DNA from: Bordetella parapertussis
GTDB lineage: Bacteria; Pseudomonadota; Gammaproteobacteria; Burkholderiales; SG8-41
Length of the DNA: 64,000 bases
Direction: 5' to 3'
Assembly (NCBI GenBank): GCA_945864585.1
Contig: CAMBCF010000003.1
Coordinates: 7,443-71,442, forward strand
In this document: positions 1 through 8,930 of the stretch, in pieces
How positions within the stretch are numbered: position 1 is the first letter of the stretch
How the letters are laid out: the number at the start of each line of letters is the position of its first letter
The notes under the pieces: generated by a model
What the model was told of the DNA's origin: nothing
Databases searched by the model: none
Seen by the model: the letters and a program-made list of their open reading frames with translations, nothing else
Made by a program: the position numbers and the translations under genes

Positions 1-37
1 TAACGTATTTGTTTTAGATTGACTATTGCCGGTGGGT

Positions 38-54
38 CGTGCGCATCGCGCACG
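38..54 (-). terminator. GC-rich hairpin CGTGCGC-ATC-GCGCACG, 24 nt downstream of the Bug gene stop; REP-like or terminator-like
   Basis: Perfect 7-bp inverted repeat read directly; no clear T-run. Confidence 0.3.
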
Positions 55-77
55 CTACAGTACGACTGCATTGCGGG

Positions 78-1052
78 TTAATTACTTTGCGTCATCCCTG
101 ACGCCTTCACAATCGCGGCGGCTTTTTTCATCTCAATAATCAAAAACGCCGCGAACTGATCGGGTGTGCTGGCCACCAGCGTTGCGCCCTCGTTGGTGAG
201 GCGCTTTTCGACATCCGGCTGTTTGAGTATGCGCGCCATTTCCGCTTGCAACTTGTTTACCGATGCCTGCGGCGTGCCGCCGCGCACAAACAAACCATAC
301 CAGTGCGTCAGCTCGTAGCCCGGCACGCCGGCTTCGGCGATGGGCGGCACACCGGGCAGCGCGGCGGAGCGCGTGGCGTTCGACAGGCCCAGCGCGCGCA
401 CCTGGCCGGAGCGCACGTAGGGCACGACTTGCAGTGCGTTCATGAAATACAGCGCGATCTGTCCGGAAATCAGATCGATCAGTGCCGGCCCCGCGCCCTT
501 GTAGGGAATATGCGTCATGCGCGTGCCCGAAAGATGTTTGAACAACTCAGCGGCCATGTGCGGCGGCGAACCGTTGCCCGAGCTGCCAAAATTGATTTCG
601 TGCGGTCGCGCTTTCGCGAACGCAACCAGTTCCTTGACCGAGCGCGGCGGAAACGACGGATGCACCGCGAGCACCAGCGGACTCGACGCCAGCTGCGTCA
701 CCGGCGCAAGATCCTTCAGCGTGTCGTACGGCAGGGTCTTGCGTATCGCGGGGTTGACTGCGATACCGCCCGGCACGATCAGTATGGTGTGCCCATCGGG
801 CGCGGCACGCGCGACATGCGCGGTGCCGATCACGCCATTCGCGCCGGCGCGGTTTTCGACGATCACCGGCTGACCCCATGCCTCGTTCAGCTTTTGCGCG
901 ATTGCGCGACCGAGAATATCGGTGCCGCCGCCGGGCGGGAACGGCACCACCATATTCATCGGGCCGGAGGGATACACTTGTGCGCCTGCTGTGGTGGAAA
1001 GCAGCAATGCCGCCAACGACGCGAGTTTCAGTAACTTGCGAGGAAATGTCAT
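78..1052 (-). CDS. Bug family (TctC-like) tripartite tricarboxylate transporter substrate-binding protein
   Basis: ORF 78..1139 trimmed to the ATG at 1052 (signal peptide MTFPRKLLKLASLAALLLSTTAGAQ); VPFPPGGGTD and APDGHT motifs; about 324 aa, typical of the family. Confidence 0.85.
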   Translation of the reverse strand: MTFPRKLLKLASLAALLLSTTAGAQVYPSGPMNMVVPFPPGGGTDILGRAIAQKLNEAWGQPVIVENRAGANGVIGTAHVARAAPDGHTILIVPGGIAVNPAIRKTLPYDTLKDLAPVTQLASSPLVLAVHPSFPPRSVKELVAFAKARPHEINFGSSGNGSPPHMAAELFKHLSGTRMTHIPYKGAGPALIDLISGQIALYFMNALQVVPYVRSGQVRALGLSNATRSAALPGVPPIAEAGVPGYELTHWYGLFVRGGTPQASVNKLQAEMARILKQPDVEKRLTNEGATLVASTPDQFAAFLIIEMKKAAAIVKASGMTQSN

Positions 1053-1076
1053 ACGACTTTGCTTTGATAAAAACAT

Positions 1077-1089
1077 CAATAAAAACAAT
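1077..1089 (-). promoter_or_regulatory. AT-rich 13-mer ATTGTTTTTATTG (minus strand), copy 1 of 3, 25 nt upstream of the Bug start
   Basis: Exact 13-mer also at 18634-18646 and 36339-36351, each in a gap between co-directional minus-strand genes. Confidence 0.3.
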
Positions 1090-1096
1090 TGGAAAA

Positions 1097-2119
1097 TCAG
1101 TTCAGTGTGATCTTGGCCTCCTTCACCACCTCCGCCCACTCGGCGATTTCGCGCTTGATCAGCGCCAGGAATTCCTCGGGCGCGCCCCCCGCAGGCTCGA
1201 GCCCTTCGCTGGCAATACGTTTGGCAAAATCCGGCTCCTTGACGATCTTGTTGATCTCTGCGTTCAGCCTGTCGATGATGGGTTTGGGCACACCCCTGGG
1301 CGCAACCACGCCGTGCCAGTTGTTGACTTGGTACTGGTAGCCGGACTCCATGACGGTCGGCACGTCGGGCAGCACGCTAATGCGTTTCGCGATGGTCACC
1401 GCGAGACCGACCAGGCGCTTCGATTTGACGTGCGGCACGGCGGCGGCTGCAGCAGTGACCATCATTTGCGTCTGTCCTGCTACCGTGTCGATGACGGCGG
1501 GGCCGGTGCCCTTGTACGGGATGTGGGTGATCTTGATGCCAGTGCGCATGGCGAACAGTTCCGTCGCCAGGTGTGTGACGCTGCCCTGGCCGGTCGATGC
1601 ATAATTGATCTGCCCGGGCCTGGCCTTGGCGAGTGCCACCAGTTCCTTCACGTTCCTGATCGGCAATGCCGGATGCACGGTGATTATGCTGGGACCGTCC
1701 TCGGTCTGCACCACCGGGACCATGTCGTTCAGCGCATCGTAGCGGAGTTGCTTGTAGAGAATTGGCGAAGTCGTATAGCTGCCGGAAATCAGCAGCAGTG
1801 TGTAGCCGTCCGCGGGGGACTTGAGCGCAATCTCGGTGCCGAGCGTGCTGCCCGCGCCGGCCCGGTTCTCGACGATGAATTGCTGCCCGAAAACCTTGGT
1901 AAGCGGCAGCGCGATCAGGCGCGCTATGTAATCCGAGCCGCCCCCGGGAGCGAACGGCACGATGATGCGCACCGGCTTGGTGGGGTAATTTTGCGCCTGC
2001 GCAATGCCGCTCGCGACGCACAGCGCCACAATGGCATGAAGATACAGGGGGCTAATTGCGGACTCCTCCTGTGTCGAAATCGAATCGTTCAACTCCTGCG
2101 CGGCGGTGGCGATGGACAT
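1097..2119 (-). CDS. Bug family (TctC-like) substrate-binding protein
   Basis: NYPTKPVRIIVPFAPGGGSD, PADGYT; AAGGA 7 nt upstream of the ATG at 2119; the N-terminus is unusually long, so the true start may lie further in. Confidence 0.8.
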   Translation of the reverse strand: MSIATAAQELNDSISTQEESAISPLYLHAIVALCVASGIAQAQNYPTKPVRIIVPFAPGGGSDYIARLIALPLTKVFGQQFIVENRAGAGSTLGTEIALKSPADGYTLLLISGSYTTSPILYKQLRYDALNDMVPVVQTEDGPSIITVHPALPIRNVKELVALAKARPGQINYASTGQGSVTHLATELFAMRTGIKITHIPYKGTGPAVIDTVAGQTQMMVTAAAAAVPHVKSKRLVGLAVTIAKRISVLPDVPTVMESGYQYQVNNWHGVVAPRGVPKPIIDRLNAEINKIVKEPDFAKRIASEGLEPAGGAPEEFLALIKREIAEWAEVVKEAKITLN

Positions 2120-2219
2120 GTGGCGTTCCTTGTCTCAAAATTCGAACTCATTATATGCGTCTGGCGCGCTCGCCCGCACATACTGTGCGCCACACGCCGC
2201 TATTCAACAGGGGGATTTC

Positions 2220-3209
2220 TTGGTCGCAGCTATTCGCGCCGCAATAGGGGTTGCAACGCTGGCGCTGGCGGCGCCGGTATTCGCGCAACCTGCTTCGACC
2301 GGCTCAGGACAGGCATACCCCGCAAAACCCATCCGCGTTGTCGTCCCCTATCCGCCCGGCGGCGGCACGGATATCGTCGCGCGCACGCTGGCGCAGTTGA
2401 TGACTGCGAGCATGGGCCAGCAGGTGATGGTGGAGAATCGCGGCGGCGCCGGCGGCAACATCGGCATGGAGGCGGTTGCCAAGGCGCCGCCCGATGGCTA
2501 CACGCTGGTATTTGCGATTACCGCGCAATTGGCGGTGAATCCGAGTTTGTTTCCGAAGCTGCCGTATGACCTGATGCGCGACTATGCGCCGATTACGCTG
2601 GCGGGCATCGCGCCGTATCTGCTGGTGGCTCACCCATCGCTGCCTGCCAAATCGGTGAAAGAACTGGTGCTGTTGGCGCGTGCGGCGCCCAATGATTTGC
2701 GCTTCGGTTCAGCGGGCAACGGCAGCGGCCAGCATCTTGCCGGCGAGATGTTGAATTCGCTGGCGCGCGTGAGGACGCAGCACATTCCCTATAGGGGCGG
2801 CGCACCGGCACTGACCGATCTGATCGCCGGCCAACTGCAATTGAGTTACCTCACCTACACCTCGACCAGCGGCTTCATCCGCGCGGGCCGTTTGCGCGCA
2901 CTGGGCGTGACCACCGCCAAACGTTCGCCCGCATTGCCCGATCTGCCGGCGATTGCCGAGACCGTGCCGGGCTACGACTCCGCGGTGTGGTACGGCGTGC
3001 TTGCCCCCGCCGGCACGCCTGCTGCTATCATTGCGCGCTTGAATCGCGAATTTCTCGCCGCGCTAAAGAATAATGAACTGCGCCAGCGCTTGATTCCTGA
3101 AGCATTTGAACCGATAGGCACTACGCCTGAATATTTCGGCGATTATATGAAAAGCGAAATCGCGCGCTGGGCAAAGCTGGTGAAGGCAACCGGCACGAAA
3201 ATCGATTAG
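2220..3209 (+). CDS. Bug family (TctC-like) substrate-binding protein
   Basis: ORF 2106..3209; the upstream part overlaps the divergent gene; TTG at 2220 follows GGGGGA and gives a 329-aa protein with a signal peptide; YPAKPIRVVVPYPPGGGTD, PPDGYT. Confidence 0.8.
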   Translation: MVAAIRAAIGVATLALAAPVFAQPASTGSGQAYPAKPIRVVVPYPPGGGTDIVARTLAQLMTASMGQQVMVENRGGAGGNIGMEAVAKAPPDGYTLVFAITAQLAVNPSLFPKLPYDLMRDYAPITLAGIAPYLLVAHPSLPAKSVKELVLLARAAPNDLRFGSAGNGSGQHLAGEMLNSLARVRTQHIPYRGGAPALTDLIAGQLQLSYLTYTSTSGFIRAGRLRALGVTTAKRSPALPDLPAIAETVPGYDSAVWYGVLAPAGTPAAIIARLNREFLAALKNNELRQRLIPEAFEPIGTTPEYFGDYMKSEIARWAKLVKATGTKID

Positions 3210-3232
3210 CCGGTGGTCGCAAAGGAGGTTCC

Positions 3233-4324
3233 ATGAGCATTGCAATGACATTAAAACGATGGTGTGCGGCGGCCTTGTTGTTTGCCGCCGGTGGCGTGTC
3301 GATAGGCGCAACACCCTCCGCCGCTGCTGACCTGCCGCTGGTGGTGGTGCTGTCCACGGGCGGCACTATTGCGGGGCGCGGCGGCTCCACGACGAGCCTA
3401 TCCGAATACAAATCGGGTTCCATACTCGGTTCAGAGCTGGTCGATGCCGTACCAGAGATCAAGAACTATGCACAGGTGCGTGTCGAACAGATTGCCAATA
3501 TTGGCAGTACCAATATGAACACGGCGATCTGGCTGAAGCTCGCGGCGCGCATTAACGCGATTTTCAGCGAGGATGCGAAAGTGGCGGGCGTGGTGATTAC
3601 GCATGGCACCAACACGCTGGAAGAGACGGCGTATTTCCTCAATCTCACGGTCCGCCATGATAAGCCGGTGGTGTTGGTCGGCTCACAACGTCCGGCGACA
3701 GCCATCAGCGCGGACGGGCCACTTAACCTGTTGAATGCGATACGCGTGGCGGGTGCGCCGGTGTCGCACGGCAAAGGCGTGCTGGTGGTGATGAACGACG
3801 AGATCAACGGCGCACGCGATGTCACCAAATCGAATACCTATCGCGTCGAGGCGTTCCGTTCCGGCGAGTTGGGTTATCTGGGGTATGTGGATGCTGATGA
3901 GGTTACGTTTTATCGCGCATCGACCAAGCGCCACACCACGCGCTCGGAGTTCGATGTCGGCAAATTGTCGAGTTTGCCGAAGGTGGAGATCCTCTATGCA
4001 TACGCCGAACCTGGTCTGGACGCTATCAAAGCAATCGGCGCATCAAGTGCAGGCGGCATTGTTTTTGCCGGCACCGGCGCGGGCGGATTGTCCTTGCACG
4101 AACGTGCGGCAATCAAGGCCCTCGGGCCATTTGATGCGCGACCGGTGATTGTGAACTCTAACCGCACTGGCAACGGGCGCGTCATATCGCGCAAGGAATA
4201 CGACGCCGAAGGCATTGTGCCAGGCGATAATTTGAATCCGCAGAAAGCGCGCATTCTGCTGATGCTGGCCTTGACCAAAACGCGCGATCTGGCCGAGATC
4301 CGGCGTATATTTAAAGACTATTAA
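3233..4324 (+). CDS. ansB: Periplasmic type II L-asparaginase
   Basis: Signal peptide, catalytic STGGTIAG motif, HGTNT block; AAAGGAGG upstream of the ATG. Confidence 0.85.
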   Translation: MSIAMTLKRWCAAALLFAAGGVSIGATPSAAADLPLVVVLSTGGTIAGRGGSTTSLSEYKSGSILGSELVDAVPEIKNYAQVRVEQIANIGSTNMNTAIWLKLAARINAIFSEDAKVAGVVITHGTNTLEETAYFLNLTVRHDKPVVLVGSQRPATAISADGPLNLLNAIRVAGAPVSHGKGVLVVMNDEINGARDVTKSNTYRVEAFRSGELGYLGYVDADEVTFYRASTKRHTTRSEFDVGKLSSLPKVEILYAYAEPGLDAIKAIGASSAGGIVFAGTGAGGLSLHERAAIKALGPFDARPVIVNSNRTGNGRVISRKEYDAEGIVPGDNLNPQKARILLMLALTKTRDLAEIRRIFKDY

Positions 4325-4348
4325 CTGAAAGCGATGTAAGACAAAACG

Positions 4349-5221
4349 ATGTCCGCTCAACTCAATAAGACAGACGAACTTAACCCCGCGCCCTATACCG
4401 ATCACTACGTCGAAGTCGCCGGCCTCAAACTGCACGTGCAGGATTACGGCACCGCCGGCAAGCCACAGATGCTTTGCATGCACGGCAGTGCGGCGCACGC
4501 GCACTGGTTTGATTTTGTCGCAGCGGGATTAACCGGTGATTATCACGTGCTGGCGGCGGATCAGCGCGGGCATGGCGACAGTCAGTGGGATCGTTCGGCG
4601 GCGCCCGAGTATACCTATGACCGCTATGCGGCGGATATACACGCCTTGACCGAAAAACTGGAATTGCGCGATTTTATTTTAGTCGGGCATTCGATGGGCG
4701 GTCTGGTATCGATTGTGTATGCAGCGACCTATCCGGGCAGCGCCAGGGCGTTCATCATGATTGATTCCTCGGTCAACATGCCGGCGGAACGTGTCACAGC
4801 GATGAACGAGATTGGCAGCCGCGAAGGCAGCAGTTACGCCGACCAGAGCGAATTTGTGGCGAAGTACAAGGTGCGTCCTACGGGCAGCAGCAGCGCAACG
4901 CCTGGCATGGTGCGGCATCTTGCGCTGCACAGCGGCCGGCAATTCGAGGACGGCCGCTGGCGCAGCAAGGTCGATCGTAACGTCTATGCTCGGCGCGTCG
5001 GCAAGAACCTCACACCGTACTGGGCCAACATCAAAATTCCGGCGCTGCTGATGAAAGGCGACCGCAGCAGGCGCGTGTCGCCCGAGATCATCGCCGGCAT
5101 CAAAGCTCTCGCGCCGCAGGTGGAAGTAGCGGAAGTGGCAGGCTGTGATCATCATGTGACGCTCGATAACCCATTGGGATTTGTTCAGACCGTAAAAGAA
5201 TTTCTCAATAAAATCAAATAG
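4349..5221 (+). CDS. Alpha/beta hydrolase fold protein (tandem paralog 1)
   Basis: HG oxyanion region (CMHGSAAH), GHSMGG nucleophile elbow, C-terminal CDHH block. Confidence 0.8.
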   Translation: MSAQLNKTDELNPAPYTDHYVEVAGLKLHVQDYGTAGKPQMLCMHGSAAHAHWFDFVAAGLTGDYHVLAADQRGHGDSQWDRSAAPEYTYDRYAADIHALTEKLELRDFILVGHSMGGLVSIVYAATYPGSARAFIMIDSSVNMPAERVTAMNEIGSREGSSYADQSEFVAKYKVRPTGSSSATPGMVRHLALHSGRQFEDGRWRSKVDRNVYARRVGKNLTPYWANIKIPALLMKGDRSRRVSPEIIAGIKALAPQVEVAEVAGCDHHVTLDNPLGFVQTVKEFLNKIK

Positions 5222-5252
5222 AATTTTCTGACGACACCACGCAAAGGCAAGC

Positions 5253-6140
5253 ATGTCTGCTCAACTCAACACCCACAACACCAATAGCACCTTGCGGCCT
5301 GCCCCGTACACCGAGCACTACATCGAAATCGCAGGTCTGCGGCTGCGCCTGCAGGATTACGGCAGCCCCGGCAAGCCCGCCATGCTGTGCCTGCACGGTG
5401 GCGCTGCGAACGCGCACTGGTACGATTTCGTTGCACAAGGCTTCACTGCGGATTACCACATGCGCGCGATAGACCTGCGCGGTCATGGCGATAGTCAATG
5501 GGACACCTCACCCGCGCCCGATTACGATTACCCGCGCCATGCAGCCGATATACATGAACTCGCCGAAAAACTCGATTTGCGCGATTTTATTTTGGTCGGG
5601 CATTCGATGGGCGGCATGATATCCAGCATCTACACCGCGACCTATCCTGGCCGCGTTAAGGCGCTTATGGTGGTGGACACCACCATCACCATGACGCCTG
5701 CGCGCATTGCCGGTTTTAGCATGATAGGCAACCGCGAAGGCCGCCATTACGCCACCCAGGATGAATTCATTGCCAACTACAGGGTGCACCCCGGCGGCAG
5801 TACGGCCGCGCCGGAAGTGTTGCGCCATATTGCGCAATGCAGTGGACGCCAGTTCGAAGATCGCCGCTGGCGTCACAAGGTGGATCGCAGGGTGTACGCC
5901 AACCGCGAACTGGTGGATAGTTTTCCGCTGTGGAACAAAATCAGGATTCCGGCATTGCTGATGAAAGGCGCACGCAGCCAGCGCATCAATCCGGAGACGA
6001 TAACCGACGTGAAATCACGCGCGCCGCAGGTGCGGGTGGCCGAGGTCGCCAACTGCGATCACCACATCACGCTGGACAATCCTGCTGGCTTTATTCTGGC
6101 TGCAAGAGAATTTCTCAATAAAATCACACGTTATAACTAA
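5253..6140 (+). CDS. Alpha/beta hydrolase fold protein (tandem paralog 2)
   Basis: Collinear with 4349..5221 (same MSAQLN start, GHSMGG, EFLNKI end). Confidence 0.8.
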   Translation: MSAQLNTHNTNSTLRPAPYTEHYIEIAGLRLRLQDYGSPGKPAMLCLHGGAANAHWYDFVAQGFTADYHMRAIDLRGHGDSQWDTSPAPDYDYPRHAADIHELAEKLDLRDFILVGHSMGGMISSIYTATYPGRVKALMVVDTTITMTPARIAGFSMIGNREGRHYATQDEFIANYRVHPGGSTAAPEVLRHIAQCSGRQFEDRRWRHKVDRRVYANRELVDSFPLWNKIRIPALLMKGARSQRINPETITDVKSRAPQVRVAEVANCDHHITLDNPAGFILAAREFLNKITRYN

Positions 6141-6168
6141 TTTGACAGACTGACGAGCCGGGCATAAC

Positions 6169-6184
6169 GTTCACTTCGGTGAAC
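6169..6184 (+). terminator. Short hairpin GTTCAC-TTCG-GTGAAC followed by TTTAAATT
   Basis: 6-bp perfect stem with a UUCG-type loop 29 nt after the hydrolase stop; weak. Confidence 0.3.
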
Positions 6185-6213
6185 TTTAAATTCCACTATC
6201 CAAGGAGCGTGCG

Positions 6214-8520
6214 ATGAACGACATCACCACCACAGGTCTGACCGAACGCGAATTCAAGATAGTGGGCACGCGGCCGCCGCGTCCCGACGGGGTGGACAAA
6301 GTCACCGGCCGTGCCAAGTTCGGCGCTGATCTCTACATGGCGAACATGCTGATGGGCAAGGTGCTGCGCAGCCCGCACGCGCATGCGCGCATCAAATCGA
6401 TCGACACCTCAAAAGCGCTGGCCTTGCGCGGCGTGAAAGCAGTGGTCACCGCCGCCGACTTCGGCGATCTGCCCTCGGAGTTCATACCGGCGGGCGAGAT
6501 GATGGTGAACTACCGCGACATGACGCGCAATGTCATGGCGCGCGAGAAAGCGCTTTACGCAGGGCACGCGGTGGCGGCGGTGGCAGCCACCAGCGAGGCC
6601 ATTGCTGCGCAGGCGCTCGGCCTGATCAAGGTCGACTACGAAGTGCTGCCGCATGTGATCGACGTGGAGGAAGCGATGGCGCCCGGCGCGCCCCTGCTGC
6701 ACGACAATATGTATCCCATCGGGGTCGATCCCAGGCCTGCGCAACCGTCCAACATCGCCAAGCGCGTCGAGTTCAATCTCGGGGACATCACGGCCGGCTT
6801 CGCGCAGGCGGACGTGGTGGTCGAGCGCGAGTTCACCACCGCGCCGGTGCATCAGGGTTACATCGAGCCGCACGCCTGCCTCGCCAGCGTGTCCGAGGAC
6901 GGCCAGGCGGATCTGTGGTGCACCACGCAAGGTCAGTTCATCGTGCGCAGCTTCTGCGCCAGGCTGCTCGGCATGGAGCACGCCAAGCTGCGCGTGACCG
7001 CTTCCGAGATCGGCGGCGGATTCGGCGGCAAGACCGTGGTCTACCTCGAGCCGTTAGCACTTGCGCTGTCACGCAAAGCAGGGCAGCCGGTAAAGATGGT
7101 GATGTCGCGCGACGAAGTGTTCCAGGCCACCGGCCCCACCTCCGGCTCGAAACTGTGGGTGAAGGTCGGCGCCACCCGCGACGGGCGCATCACCGCGGCC
7201 GATGCGTTGCTGAAGTATCAAGCGGGCGCGTTCCAGGGTTCTCCGGTGCAGCCGGGTGCGATGTGCGCCTTTGCGCCATACGATCTCGAGAACGTGCACG
7301 TGATCGGATTCGACGTGGTGTCGAACCGGCCCAAGGTCGCTGCGTACCGGGCGCCGGGCGGGCCCATTTCCGAATACGCAGTGGAGAGTGTGATCGACGA
7401 ACTCGCCAAGCGTCTCCATATCGACCCCATCGAATTCCGCCTGAAGAACGCGGCCAAGGAAGGCACCAAGACGGCGTATGGACCGAAATTCGGTCCGATC
7501 GGCATGGTGCAGACGCTGGAAGCAGCGCGTGCCCACGCACACTATAGCGCGCCGCTTAAAGCCAACCAGGGCCGCGGCGTTGCCTCGGGATTCTGGTTCA
7601 ACATCGGTGGCGAGACCTGTGCCACGTTGAACCTCGGCGAAGACGGCAGCGTGACGCTGGTCGCCGGCACGCCGGATATCGGCGGCTCGCGTGCGTCGCT
7701 CGCCATGATGGCAGCCGAAGCGCTGGGCATTGCGCTCGACAAGGTGCGCCCGCTGATCGGCGACACCAGTTCACTGGGCTTCACCTTCCTCACCGGGGGC
7801 AGCCGCGCTACCTTCTCCAGCGGCATGGCGGTGATCGAGGCGGCGCGCGATATGGTGCGCCAGGCGCGCGAACGCGCGGCGAAAATCTGGGAGATTCCGC
7901 TCGACCAGGTGATCTGGGAGGACGGCTGTGCGCGCTCGGCCAGCGGCAGCACGGCGGAAGCTAAAAAAATGTCGCTCGCCGAGATTGCCGCAAGCGCAGG
8001 CAAAACCGGTGGCCCGATTGTAGCCGCCGCAGCCATCAACGCACAGGGTGCAGGCCCCAGCCTCGCCACCCACCTCGTTGATGTCGAAGTGGACCGCGAG
8101 ACCGGCAGAGTCACCATACTGCGTTACACCGCCATCCAGGACGCCGGCAAGGCAGTGCATCCGTCCTATGTCGAAGGGCAAATGCAGGGCGGCGCGGTAC
8201 AGGGCATCGGCTGGGCGCTCAACGAAGAGTACATCTACGATGCCAAGGGACGTCTCGAAAACCCGGGGTTCCTCGACTATCGCATTCCGGTGGCCTCCGA
8301 CGTGCCGATGATCGACACCGTGATTGTCGAAGTGCCGAATCCGCGCCACCCCTACGGCGTGCGCGGCGTGGGCGAGACCCCGATCGTGCCGCCGATGGCC
8401 GCGATTGCGAATGCGATGGAGAATGCACTCGGCATCCGCTTCACGCAGCTGCCGATGTCGCCGCCACGCGTGCTCGATGCAATCGACAATAAAGGAACTG
8501 CCGCCAAAGCCGGGGGGTAA
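6214..8520 (+). CDS. Xanthine dehydrogenase / aldehyde oxidase / CoxL family molybdopterin-binding subunit
   Basis: 768 aa; N-terminal VGTRPPRPDGVDKVTGRAKFGADL, GGGFGGK, and C-terminal VRGVGETPIVPPMAAIANA blocks typical of the family. Confidence 0.85.
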   Translation: MNDITTTGLTEREFKIVGTRPPRPDGVDKVTGRAKFGADLYMANMLMGKVLRSPHAHARIKSIDTSKALALRGVKAVVTAADFGDLPSEFIPAGEMMVNYRDMTRNVMAREKALYAGHAVAAVAATSEAIAAQALGLIKVDYEVLPHVIDVEEAMAPGAPLLHDNMYPIGVDPRPAQPSNIAKRVEFNLGDITAGFAQADVVVEREFTTAPVHQGYIEPHACLASVSEDGQADLWCTTQGQFIVRSFCARLLGMEHAKLRVTASEIGGGFGGKTVVYLEPLALALSRKAGQPVKMVMSRDEVFQATGPTSGSKLWVKVGATRDGRITAADALLKYQAGAFQGSPVQPGAMCAFAPYDLENVHVIGFDVVSNRPKVAAYRAPGGPISEYAVESVIDELAKRLHIDPIEFRLKNAAKEGTKTAYGPKFGPIGMVQTLEAARAHAHYSAPLKANQGRGVASGFWFNIGGETCATLNLGEDGSVTLVAGTPDIGGSRASLAMMAAEALGIALDKVRPLIGDTSSLGFTFLTGGSRATFSSGMAVIEAARDMVRQARERAAKIWEIPLDQVIWEDGCARSASGSTAEAKKMSLAEIAASAGKTGGPIVAAAAINAQGAGPSLATHLVDVEVDRETGRVTILRYTAIQDAGKAVHPSYVEGQMQGGAVQGIGWALNEEYIYDAKGRLENPGFLDYRIPVASDVPMIDTVIVEVPNPRHPYGVRGVGETPIVPPMAAIANAMENALGIRFTQLPMSPPRVLDAIDNKGTAAKAGG

Positions 8521-8523
8521 CAC

Positions 8524-8769
8524 TTGGCGCGTGTCTTCCTCAGCGGTACCCTCCGGCAGTTAGCCGGCGGCGCGGCGGAGATAGAGATCGATGCGCGCGA
8601 TGTGCGCCAGTTGCTACGCGCACTCGGCGAACGCTGTCCGGAGCTCGCCCCTCACCTCGAAAGCGGTTACGCTATAGCCATCGATGGTGAGATATTCCAG
8701 GACGCATGGTTCGCGCCGATTCGAGCGGACAGCGAGGTGCACCTGGTGCCGGCGATACGCGGGGGATGA
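8524..8769 (+). CDS. MoaD/ThiS-like ubiquitin-fold protein ending in Gly-Gly
   Basis: 81 aa; TTG start 3 nt after the upstream stop, behind a G-rich SD; C-terminus ...VPAIRGG. Confidence 0.6.
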   Translation: MARVFLSGTLRQLAGGAAEIEIDARDVRQLLRALGERCPELAPHLESGYAIAIDGEIFQDAWFAPIRADSEVHLVPAIRGG

Positions 8770-8930
8770 GCGCTCAACGAAACGCCCTCGGCTCAGCGGC
8801 TCTCTTGTAGCGCACGGGTGTTCGGATCAGCAGTAAGTATGAGGTCTAACACACGATCTATGTTGTTGATTTTCCTCTTTGAACTCTGTGTCCTCCGTGG
8901 CTAATAGCTTTTTTCAGGATGAACGGTCAT

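Noticed and set aside
878-2569. 563-aa plus-strand ORF, and similar long ORFs at 246..1034 and 1377..2021
   Set aside because: They are antisense to or out of frame with two clear Bug genes. Composition is Arg/Ala/Gly/His-rich, typical of shadow ORFs in GC-rich DNA, and no motifs are recognisable.
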